From IMG/VR virus record IMGVR_UViG_3300046792_000467: a DNA stretch of 64,000 nt. One strand, 5' to 3'. This DNA comes from a virus. The translations under genes and the position numbers were made by a program. The notes beneath the pieces are model-generated. The model searched no databases and had not been told where the DNA came from. It worked only from the letters and a program-made list of their open reading frames with translations. This document shows, in pieces, positions 27,674 through 35,207 of the stretch (within the stretch, counting starts at the first letter, position 1; the number at the start of each line of letters is the position of its first letter).

Positions 27674-27954
27674 GCGCGACTCGCAACAAGAAACTCCGAT
27701 GGGTCAAAGGGCGCCTCGCCTCGGGTCCGTACAAGGGCCAGTTCTGGGCAGCCCAGCTTGACGCGGCGTTCCTGATGGTCGTCCCCGGGCATCCGCTCGG
27801 GCAGTACGAGGTCTGGTTCGCGGACATGGTGCTCGGCGAGAAGCCGACGGTACGGGAGGCGCAGGCGTTCGCTGAGGCGACGCTCCGGGGCTACATGGAC
27901 CGCATGGCCCGCGGGCTCTGCAAGCTCCTCGGCCCAGCCGGCTATCCCGGCTAG
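27670..27954 (+). CDS. hypothetical protein (94 aa)
   Basis: ATGA overlap; its stop codon TAG lies inside a GGCTAGCC box. Confidence 0.5.
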   Translation: MSATRNKKLRWVKGRLASGPYKGQFWAAQLDAAFLMVVPGHPLGQYEVWFADMVLGEKPTVREAQAFAEATLRGYMDRMARGLCKLLGPAGYPG

Positions 27955-27978
27955 CCATTGTGGCTAGCCCATGCTAAC
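27940..27978. promoter_or_regulatory. cluster of GGCTAGCC-type palindromic boxes
   Basis: GGCTATCC-C-GGCTAGCC-ATTGT-GGCTAGCC-CAT-GCTAAC read directly at a gene junction. Confidence 0.5.
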
Positions 27979-28234
27979 AGAAGGGACCGTGATGACAGTC
28001 CTCGACCCAGAAACCGACGCCCGCCTGTGGGCGCTCGCCTTCCGCATCTCCGATCTCGAGACGCCCGAGCAAGCCGGCGCGGTGGTTCCTGCGATCACGG
28101 TGCTTCTCGCAGAGCAGACCCCCGCAACCGTTGACCGCGTCTTCGCTCAGGTCAAGAAGATGCTCGTCGACTTCCAGGAGACGGACGCGTTCAGGGCCGC
28201 GAAGGCGCAAGCGGCGAGGAGGGCGCCGTCATGA
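27971..28234 (+). CDS. hypothetical protein (alternative start 27992)
   Basis: ORF track; GAAGGGA upstream of the ATG at 27992. Confidence 0.45.
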   Translation: MLTEGTVMTVLDPETDARLWALAFRISDLETPEQAGAVVPAITVLLAEQTPATVDRVFAQVKKMLVDFQETDAFRAAKAQAARRAPS

Positions 28235-28314
28235 TGCTCCTCGGCCACGTCCTCTCTGCGGCATGCATCCCGTTCACCGAAGCGAAAGCGGTAAGAGGAG
28301 GCGAACTCGAATGA
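28231..28314 (+). pseudogene. truncated 5' duplicate of the 28636..28869 gene (27 codons)
   Basis: MMLLGHVLSAACIPFTEAKAVRGG compared with MMLLGQALAVAGIPFTEAKAVRRG of the downstream gene; it ends after 27 codons. Confidence 0.4.
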
Positions 28315-28622
28315 ACGTCACCAGGGGCCCCGTTTGTCTTGCGGTCCGAATACAGGCGGCCGGAACAATTCAGAGGTGGACCGTTGTCGGTCTAACGGCA
28401 CGCTCTAAATATGGAGAATGTATCTTCGCGGCCCATTTTATGGCCACGTCTGCAGAGGAGGCTCGCGAGCAAGCCTTCGGTGCATTTTTGGATTTCCGGG
28501 CGCGCTTGGAGGTGGTCGTGTGTACCGCGGCCGATGGGGTTACGGAGGTTTTTTGCCTTGGGTCCGATCTCGCCCAAAGAGAAGGTGATCTCGAATGCTC
28601 CAACTCTCCTTCGACAACCTGA
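28311..28622 (+). CDS. hypothetical protein (103 aa) occupying the interior of the duplicated copy
   Basis: Strong AAGAGGAGG Shine-Dalgarno sequence 10 nt upstream of the ATG at 28311. Confidence 0.45.
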   Translation: MNVTRGPVCLAVRIQAAGTIQRWTVVGLTARSKYGECIFAAHFMATSAEEAREQAFGAFLDFRARLEVVVCTAADGVTEVFCLGSDLAQREGDLECSNSPSTT

Positions 28623-28635
28623 GGACGGCGCCATC

Positions 28636-28869
28636 ATGATGCTTCTCGGTCAAGCCCTCGCTGTGGCAGGCATCCCGTTCACTGAAGCGAAAGCGGTTCG
28701 CAGGGGCGCTCACGTGACCATCAAGTCGATCGTGCTCCGCTCCGAGGACGACCGGGAGGCCACACTAGCGATGCTCCAACTCTCCTTCGAGAATCCGACG
28801 ATCGAGGACGGCGCGATCCGTGTCGCGACCCCGGAAGAGATCGCCGAGTCGGACCGGTGGCAGGAATGA
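28636..28869 (+). CDS. hypothetical protein (77 aa), intact copy
   Basis: Internal double Met of ORF 28411..28869. Confidence 0.45.
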   Translation: MMLLGQALAVAGIPFTEAKAVRRGAHVTIKSIVLRSEDDREATLAMLQLSFENPTIEDGAIRVATPEEIAESDRWQE

Positions 28870-29066
28870 TCTACACCGGCAAGAAGACCAAGCTCGACTG
28901 GTCGGGGCGCATGGCTGCGCACGACGGACACCCGATCTGTCTCATCGAGGATGACTCCGGCAAGGTCACACACATGGTGCTCAGCACCGGTGGTGTAGTG
29001 CCAGGAAACTGGCAAGGGCGGCGCGTACGCATCACCGTGGAGGTCCTACCCGATCCACCGGCTTGA
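28866..29066 (+). CDS. hypothetical protein (66 aa)
   Basis: ATGA overlap with the upstream stop. Confidence 0.45.
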   Translation: MIYTGKKTKLDWSGRMAAHDGHPICLIEDDSGKVTHMVLSTGGVVPGNWQGRRVRITVEVLPDPPA

Positions 29067-29117
29067 AAACGCACCTGACTCAAAAGCCTTCACCAACAGT
29101 TGAGAGGAGCCCCTCGC

Positions 29118-29453
29118 ATGCACGAAACTCACTGCAAACAATGTGGCGCTATCGATGCGCACGAGCATCGCGAGCGCTGCGATGGATGCGGCAAACTGAT
29201 CAAGACGGACGCCCCTAGCTCATACGTGCAAATGCACATCGAGCAATCACACCGAAGGCTCAGCGAGAACGCCCGCGCGTACTGTCCGGAATGCACAGCG
29301 ATCGTACAAGCCTCTCTTCCGGCGTGGAGGTGCGCGCGCTGCGACCACCCTCGTCACATGCACAATAGAGGGTGCCTGATGCTCCTCGAGCCGCTCCCGA
29401 ACGGCGGCTATCAATCGTGCGATTGCAGCCACTTCGTGGCGCCAGATCGATAA
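29118..29453 (+). CDS. zinc-finger protein (111 aa)
   Basis: GAGGAG 9 nt upstream of the ATG; several CxxC/CxC pairs. Confidence 0.5.
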   Translation: MHETHCKQCGAIDAHEHRERCDGCGKLIKTDAPSSYVQMHIEQSHRRLSENARAYCPECTAIVQASLPAWRCARCDHPRHMHNRGCLMLLEPLPNGGYQSCDCSHFVAPDR

Positions 29454-29476
29454 TCCCATCACCGAAAGGAACCGAC

Positions 29477-29656
29477 ATGTCCGATGAAGAAGATCGAATC
29501 GATGCCGCCCTGGCGGCGCGTGAAATCGCCAGCGCCTTCTCCGTGTTGGCTGGCCTCCTGGAGAGCGGACAATCGGTCGCTCCCGAGACGCGGAACCAGC
29601 TCGCGGCGGCGTGCGGGGCGTTCCTTGGCGCCCTCGGCGCGCTAGTTGCGGAGTGA
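29477..29656 (+). CDS. hypothetical protein (59 aa)
   Basis: GAAAGGAA upstream of the ATG. Confidence 0.4.
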   Translation: MSDEEDRIDAALAAREIASAFSVLAGLLESGQSVAPETRNQLAAACGAFLGALGALVAE

Positions 29657-29658
29657 CC

Positions 29659-30435
29659 ATGCCAGCCAGTTACTGCGGGGACCACACCTCGCTCGCGATA
29701 ACGAAGTACGGCAATCTGATCTACGTCGACACTCGCGACACGTCGCTCGCTCCGCACCTCATGATGTCCGGCGACTGGGAGCCCTGGGTGACGAACGTCA
29801 TGGGCAAGACGCTCCTCAAGTACGAGGGCTGCACCTTCATCGACGTCGGGGCGAACGTCGGGTGGTACACGCTCCTCGCGTGCAAGCTCGGCGCCTCCCA
29901 CGTCTTCGCGTTCGAGCCGAACCCACGGATGTGCGAGCTCCTCCGGAAGACCATTGCGGTGAATGGATACCGTGAGCGCGTGACCTTGACGGAGGCGGCG
30001 TGCGGAGCCGAGGAGGGGCTCATGCGGCTGGAAGTCGATCCGACGGAAGCCGGCGGCGGACATGTCGTACCGCACCGACCTCGACTTCAGAACAAGGTCT
30101 TTGGAGAGTGCTCCGTTGTTCGTCTCGACAACGTTGTCTTCGGCGGCAACGTACCCACGGTCGACCCGCGCATCATCATGAAGATCGACGTCGAGGGCTT
30201 CGAGCCTGAGGTGCTCCGCGGCGGGAGAGAGATCCTAAAGCTCAACCCCATCATCTTTCTCGAGCACAACCAACAGGCGGCCCATTGTGCGATGTACCAC
30301 GATCTGCTCGACGCAGGCTTCGAGCTCCGTCATGCACACCACAAGGGCCATGCGGGGGAGCCACTGATCGTCAACCAAGTAATGGCGCTCGGTAACGCGG
30401 AGACCGTCATCTGCGCCATCAAAGGGGCCCTATGA
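29659..30435 (+). CDS. FkbM-family methyltransferase
   Basis: FIDVGANVGWYT...FAFEPNP...MKIDVEGFEPEVLRG pattern typical of the FkbM family. Confidence 0.75.
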   Translation: MPASYCGDHTSLAITKYGNLIYVDTRDTSLAPHLMMSGDWEPWVTNVMGKTLLKYEGCTFIDVGANVGWYTLLACKLGASHVFAFEPNPRMCELLRKTIAVNGYRERVTLTEAACGAEEGLMRLEVDPTEAGGGHVVPHRPRLQNKVFGECSVVRLDNVVFGGNVPTVDPRIIMKIDVEGFEPEVLRGGREILKLNPIIFLEHNQQAAHCAMYHDLLDAGFELRHAHHKGHAGEPLIVNQVMALGNAETVICAIKGAL

Positions 30436-30740
30436 TCGCCGCGGAGGTGCCGTCCGCAGATCCGGCGGCGCAGCTCTGCGGCCTTCTGCACTCGCGGGTC
30501 ACGCTCAGGACCTCTCTCCGGAGAACAGTCCGCGTCGAATACGCTCAGATTGGCACCATGTACCTCGTCGTCTGGACCGGGGGACAAGCAAGCCCCTGGT
30601 CCGAGCGCTGCCCGGAGCACTGCATTGCCCGCGTGGCGATGGGCAACATTCGCCAACAGACGTGGCTGTTCGGCGCCGCTGGTGCCCCCGCAACCTCGTC
30701 CGAGCTTGCTGCTGCTCTCGGGCAGGAGAGGGGCGACTGA
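30432..30740 (+). CDS. hypothetical protein (102 aa)
   Basis: ATGA overlap with the upstream stop. Confidence 0.45.
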   Translation: MIAAEVPSADPAAQLCGLLHSRVTLRTSLRRTVRVEYAQIGTMYLVVWTGGQASPWSERCPEHCIARVAMGNIRQQTWLFGAAGAPATSSELAAALGQERGD

Positions 30741-30742
30741 CC

Positions 30743-30928
30743 ATGGCCGACGACGACGCACGCGAGAAGAGCGTCCGGCTCACCGTCGGGCGCCTCCGAA
30801 CCATTCTGCGGGACGACCCTGAGGGCTTCTACCGGACCGTCGACAAGATCGTTGCCGAGTGCAACGACCCGACGACCCGGGAGTTCTGGATGGCTGTGAA
30901 GGCCTTCGCGAAAAGGACGGCGGACTGA
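30743..30928 (+). CDS. hypothetical protein (61 aa)
   Basis: In-frame ATG 3 nt after the upstream stop. Confidence 0.45.
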   Translation: MADDDAREKSVRLTVGRLRTILRDDPEGFYRTVDKIVAECNDPTTREFWMAVKAFAKRTAD

Positions 30929-31164
30929 TGCCCGTTCACGCGAAACCAGGGAGGGACGACTCCATCTACGGCGCACGACCGGCGGACGCCCAGGGCTCGA
31001 ACTCCCCGCGCCGGGTGCACTGGTGCGTCGGCGCCGTTCCATGTCCGGTACCGCACTGCCGCGCGGCGCGCGGAGATCTCTGCCTGGGTCGGCACGGACC
31101 GCACTGGGACACGCACTACATGCGCAGAGCCGCCGCGGTAGCCCAACGAAAGAGGCAACCATGA
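30928..31164 (+). CDS. zinc-finger-like protein (78 aa)
   Basis: C..PC..PHC....C....H...H pattern. Confidence 0.45.
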   Translation: MPVHAKPGRDDSIYGARPADAQGSNSPRRVHWCVGAVPCPVPHCRAARGDLCLGRHGPHWDTHYMRRAAAVAQRKRQP

Positions 31165-31370
31165 AGCGTCCCGAAGAGGACCAAGAGAGCCTATACCCCC
31201 TGCCCCGTCCAGCGGAGACCGGCGACGATCCTCGCTTCACTATCGGCCTCGACCTGGACGTCGCCGCCGTGCTGGTGAAGCACGGGTATCCGCCGGTGGC
31301 TTCGGGAGCGGACCTCCTCCGTCTTCAGATGGCCCTATTCGAGTTCCTCTACATCGATAGGCCACGATGA
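31161..31370 (+). CDS. hypothetical protein (69 aa)
   Basis: ATGA overlap. Confidence 0.45.
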   Translation: MKRPEEDQESLYPLPRPAETGDDPRFTIGLDLDVAAVLVKHGYPPVASGADLLRLQMALFEFLYIDRPR

Positions 31371-31576
31371 TGCCACGCTTTCGCCTCAGGACCGAAGAAG
31401 ACGCAGTGCGCTGCGACGTCTGCAATCGGGCTAGTCGCGCGCTCGGGTTCCGTTCGCTGGATGGCACCGAGTGGCTCGCGCTGTCCGGCGGGTGGCTCTT
31501 CTTTGTCCGCAACGGCATGATCATCGTCGCCTGCAGCTCGTCCTGTGCGGACGGCTATGCGGAGGCAGTCAAGTGA
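31367..31576 (+). CDS. hypothetical Cys-containing protein (69 aa)
   Basis: ATGA overlap. Confidence 0.45.
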   Translation: MMPRFRLRTEEDAVRCDVCNRASRALGFRSLDGTEWLALSGGWLFFVRNGMIIVACSSSCADGYAEAVK

Positions 31577-31782
31577 CACACACAGGGAAGTCTCTTGCTA
31601 GTTCTCTAATCAGCGAGCTCCGTCACGCCGCTGACCAAGCGATCTCCGAAGGGGATTACGAAGCCCACCCGGAGTACCACGTCATCTTTCAGCGACTCGC
31701 GACACCGAAGCTTGTAAGGGCGATCTGCGAAGCACTATTGAATCGGCGGGACGGAAAGGATGAGGAATCGCCATGGCGTTGA
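31573..31782 (+). CDS. hypothetical protein (69 aa)
   Basis: GTGA overlap. Confidence 0.4.
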   Translation: MTHTGKSLASSLISELRHAADQAISEGDYEAHPEYHVIFQRLATPKLVRAICEALLNRRDGKDEESPWR

Positions 31783-32369
31783 TACAGAAGTTCCTGGACT
31801 GGTTCCGTGAGCCTCCGGCGATCCGGCCCGACCCGGGGAAGCAGGCGCTCCAGATCCTCCAGCGCGGCGAAAACTGTGACTGGTACAGCATCCACAAGAC
31901 GGGCGAGATGCACGAGTCGTTCGACTGCCTCGAGATCTACTGGCGCAGCCGTGTCGCAGTGGGGGTACCGAATGGCGGCTACAGTCGCTTCGAGGATCGT
32001 GCGGGATTCCGCGTGCGGTGGCACGTTGCGGCGACGCATCACAGCTATATCGAGTCCGTCGGCATGGATCTTATGGACACAATTCTGCAAGCGAGGACGC
32101 TGGCCGACCAGCACGTCGCGCGCAACGAGCTCGTGGCCGCAATGGGCGACAAACATCCGCTGCTCGAGGCGTGGAAGGCCCGCGGACCAGACCGGACGTA
32201 TTCGTTCCATGGCCTGAGTCTCGACAAGTGGAGCGTGCGGCTCGACTACCCAGGCGGGCTCAGCTGGGCAGACCACGCCGACCTGGACCAAGCAGTGCAC
32301 GAAGCGTTAAAGCAGACGCCGTGCGATGTGTCCGACGGACAACCGTTCCCGTCAGGCGGACCACCGTGA
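31773..32369 (+). CDS. hypothetical protein (198 aa)
   Basis: ORF track. Confidence 0.5.
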   Translation: MALIQKFLDWFREPPAIRPDPGKQALQILQRGENCDWYSIHKTGEMHESFDCLEIYWRSRVAVGVPNGGYSRFEDRAGFRVRWHVAATHHSYIESVGMDLMDTILQARTLADQHVARNELVAAMGDKHPLLEAWKARGPDRTYSFHGLSLDKWSVRLDYPGGLSWADHADLDQAVHEALKQTPCDVSDGQPFPSGGPP

Positions 32370-32605
32370 GTATCTCTTGGAAGAGCTACTTCACGACAGT
32401 CGCGATCTACGCCGCACTGCTCTCCCCGATTGCGATCGCGGTAGCGTGGTCTCAGGGACATGCAGCTGGCTACGACGATGCTTGGAAGGAGTGCCTGGCG
32501 GCGCGCCGAGACATCTGTACCCGCATGGACCCAAAGCCACAGGTCGGCTTGCTAAAATCGCTTGACACCCGCTGCGGCAGGCTGCATCCTCCTGCTTCAC
32601 CATGA
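32366..32605 (+). CDS. small membrane protein (79 aa)
   Basis: GTGA overlap; N-terminal hydrophobic helix YFTTVAIYAALLSPIAIAVAW. Confidence 0.45.
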   Translation: MSISWKSYFTTVAIYAALLSPIAIAVAWSQGHAAGYDDAWKECLAARRDICTRMDPKPQVGLLKSLDTRCGRLHPPASP

Positions 32606-32766
32606 AACGTCGAAAGTTAACTCCACCCGAGATCCTCCGCGTCGCCGCGGAAGCCGAGGTCGACCCCCGGTCTGTTCGTAAGTGGCTCGCGGGTGGCAAC
32701 AAAATGATGCCCAACGTCGAGGCGCGGATCGTGCGGGCGGTAAAGACGCTCGGGTTTAGCCCATGA
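32602..32766 (+). CDS. 54-aa helix-turn-helix-like protein (below the ORF-track size cut-off)
   Basis: Hand-translated: MKRRKLTPPEILRVAAEAEVDPRSVRKWLAGGNKMMPNVEARIVRAVKTLGFSP. ATGA overlaps with both the upstream gene and the effector gene. Confidence 0.5.
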   Translation: MKRRKLTPPEILRVAAEAEVDPRSVRKWLAGGNKMMPNVEARIVRAVKTLGFSP

Positions 32767-34514
32767 CAAAAAGCCGCAACGACCCCCGAGGGGGTGTTCC
32801 TGTGAAAAAAGGGCGCTTCCATTCGCCCAAAAACGGGGCCAACGGCCACCGTAAGGACAGACGTAGGTCGTCCACCACAACTACCAGGAACACCCCCTCG
32901 GCGGCCGATGCGGCTCGCCGCGAATGGCTGCTCGAGATAGCCGCCAAGTGCAACCTTCCAGTGCCTGACGCCGCCCTGTCGTCGACCGGGGGCACTTGGC
33001 AGCTAACGAGCCGCGGTCGGGCGATTGGGCGTCTCAAAGCCGAAGCTGTAGAGAGCGGGAAAGCGGATCTCGTCGAGAAACTCTGTGAGCAGGTCTTCGT
33101 TGTGAAGGCCGACGTCGGGCGTGCTCTCGATGCGCCGTGGCAGGAGATCAGCGGCAACCTACACGCGGCCCGCGAGCGTATTGACGCGATCGTCAATGCT
33201 TGCACCCGTGCGCTCATCCTGCATGAACTTAGCGGTGGGGCGGCCCCGAACCTCTACGAGATAGCCACGAAAACGGACGCCCAAATGCGTGCGGCTGCGG
33301 CTATCAAACTCGAAGAGCTCAATCGCAAGAAACCGCCGAAAGACGAAGATGCTGAGACGCGTTCCAAACGAGAGAGCACCGCTGCCCGACTCGCGACGAC
33401 GGCGGCGTTTAGCTTCTCGGGGGCGACGCGCAGCATGCTCACGCAACGCGCCCAGAGCTCTTTCATCAAGTGGACCAAGCACAAGCGCGACGAGCGATTC
33501 CCCCACGCGACGCGAGGGCAACCAATTCCATTGCGAGCCGCCGACGGATGGGGGCTCGCTCTTGAGAAGGGGAGCTTCGTTCTCGAGTTCAAGATCGGCG
33601 AGGGGGAAACTTGCCGGTATCGCGTCAAGGTTCACCCTAGCGGCGGAAGTGCCATCGCCGCGGCCCGCGAGCTTGCTGAGGGCAAGGCCAGCAGGCGCGA
33701 CGCCAAATTGTTTTGGGACGAAGCGCGAAAGCGATGGATCGTCGCGATGACGATGGGGCGCCGGCGTCAGCCGCCGCCTGATCTCGGTGCGAACCCGCTT
33801 ACCATGGTCGTCCGGATCGGTATGCGTAAATTGCTCGGCGCGTGGTTCAGCGACTCGTCTTACGCGGAGATTGTGGCTGGCGGGCGCACAGGTTCGACAT
33901 TGCTCGCGCTGCTACGGCGAAAGCAGCAGTTACTCGATGCTAAACGCGTTCGCCAACGAGGTATCTCTGAGATGGCGCGTGGACCGAATGCGGTGCGCAA
34001 GAAGAACCGTAGAAAGCTCGGTGCGCTCGGGCGAGCAGAGCGCGCATTCGTCGATACGACCTGCAAACAGATAGCCGCCAACGTCGCCAACGTCGCCGCT
34101 CACAGCGGAGCAACTCGCATCATCGTACAGGTCCCCACAAAGCCGTTCAGTGACGAGGACGCCAAATATCTGGATCCGTGGCTCCTCGCGTGTATCCGCC
34201 GGTTTCCTTTGGGTGAGCTGTCGTCTCGCATCGTCTGGGCCCTCGACAAGCGAGGGCTACCGAGCGAGGTGAACGACATCGGCTACGACGCCTGCACTTG
34301 CCCGGACTGCGGCAAGATTGACGGGGGAAGCCACGATCCTGCCAAGCATTATTTCGACTGTACCAACGAAGCGTGCGAGCTTGAAGGCAACGCCGATTAC
34401 ATCGCGGCGATCAACGCCATGGCCCGTTCGGGGGTGCCTACGGAGGATCTCAAGCGTATGCTCCAGGCCGCGCACCTTATCGCCCGTGAACTACGGAAGA
34501 AGCGGGCTGCTTGA
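32763..34514 (+). CDS. compact type V CRISPR effector (Cas12/TnpB-family, 583 aa), subtype unassigned
   Basis: C-terminal CTCPDCG...FDCTNEAC zinc ribbon followed by GNADYIAAINA (RuvC-III-type). TRIIVQVP sits at the RuvC-II position and VVRIGMRKLLGAWFSD at the RuvC-I position. A co-oriented CRISPR array lies 0.7 kb downstream. Confidence 0.8.
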   Translation: MTKSRNDPRGGVPVKKGRFHSPKNGANGHRKDRRRSSTTTTRNTPSAADAARREWLLEIAAKCNLPVPDAALSSTGGTWQLTSRGRAIGRLKAEAVESGKADLVEKLCEQVFVVKADVGRALDAPWQEISGNLHAARERIDAIVNACTRALILHELSGGAAPNLYEIATKTDAQMRAAAAIKLEELNRKKPPKDEDAETRSKRESTAARLATTAAFSFSGATRSMLTQRAQSSFIKWTKHKRDERFPHATRGQPIPLRAADGWGLALEKGSFVLEFKIGEGETCRYRVKVHPSGGSAIAAARELAEGKASRRDAKLFWDEARKRWIVAMTMGRRRQPPPDLGANPLTMVVRIGMRKLLGAWFSDSSYAEIVAGGRTGSTLLALLRRKQQLLDAKRVRQRGISEMARGPNAVRKKNRRKLGALGRAERAFVDTTCKQIAANVANVAAHSGATRIIVQVPTKPFSDEDAKYLDPWLLACIRRFPLGELSSRIVWALDKRGLPSEVNDIGYDACTCPDCGKIDGGSHDPAKHYFDCTNEACELEGNADYIAAINAMARSGVPTEDLKRMLQAAHLIARELRKKRAA

Positions 34515-35149
34515 ACGAAAGGAAGGTAACCTTGGACGACGGACCCCCCATGAACAAAAAAGAAGCAATCAAAAGGTTTGGAACCGAAGACCTGAGTCAG
34601 GTGCTATCCATACTCATCGAAGCGCGAAACAAGGTAGACGTCGCTGAACACGAGTTCTTGCTTCTCGTTGAGGCTTTCGAGGTGAGCGAAATTTGGCGCG
34701 CACTTTCGAGCGGTACCTTCGAGCAGGCACTGGACCTCACACATGTCTGCGATTCAAAACGCTACACACGGTGGCGTCGCGCGCGGGCTGAGCTAGGCGA
34801 CAACGTCGTCTCTGAAGTAGGAGTCTCTGGATCTACTCAGGCTGTGCGTATCGAAAGCCCCGCCAACAGGCAGAAGGCGATCGACACCATGCGTGCGACC
34901 GTAGCCAAAGAGGGCGCAGTAATAAGCGAGCGCACCGCTCGCTCGATCGTGGCTAGGCTCTTGCCCTTCAAATCGCGAGTACTAGACGGTGCCAAGCGGT
35001 CGGCTGAGCTCGAACGAGAGAACGCCGTCCTTAGGCGGCGCGTGAAAGAGTTAGAGCAAGAGGTCGCCGTGCTGCGCGACCGGTTACGCGGCAAACCGCC
35101 GCCCACGCCAAAAACCAGCAAGAATCGGAGGCAAGCTCGACCATCATGA
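34511..35149 (+). CDS. unknown protein between effector and array (212 aa from TTG 34511, or 199 aa from ATG 34550)
   Basis: ORF track; overlaps the effector stop; C-terminal coiled coil (ELERENAVLRRRVKELEQEVAVLRDRL) and a basic tail. Confidence 0.5.
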   Translation: MNERKVTLDDGPPMNKKEAIKRFGTEDLSQVLSILIEARNKVDVAEHEFLLLVEAFEVSEIWRALSSGTFEQALDLTHVCDSKRYTRWRRARAELGDNVVSEVGVSGSTQAVRIESPANRQKAIDTMRATVAKEGAVISERTARSIVARLLPFKSRVLDGAKRSAELERENAVLRRRVKELEQEVAVLRDRLRGKPPPTPKTSKNRRQARPS

Positions 35150-35207
35150 CGACCCTCTCGCAAACCGTCTTTTAAATACGCGAATTTGCTGTTCGCGTAC
35201 GTGGCGG
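35150..35207 (+). promoter_or_regulatory. putative CRISPR leader
   Basis: Locally AT-richer stretch (TCTTTTAAATACGCGAATTTGCTG) directly upstream of repeat 1. The degenerate terminal repeat is at the opposite end of the array. Confidence 0.4.

Noticed and set aside
32763-34514. Alternative reading of the 583-aa protein as an IS200/IS605-type TnpB, or as Cas12k of a CRISPR-associated transposon
   Set aside because: I saw no TnpA, no obvious IS ends and no TnsB/TnsC/TniQ-like genes in the window, and a 21-repeat CRISPR array follows the gene. A remote evolutionary relationship to TnpB remains likely.
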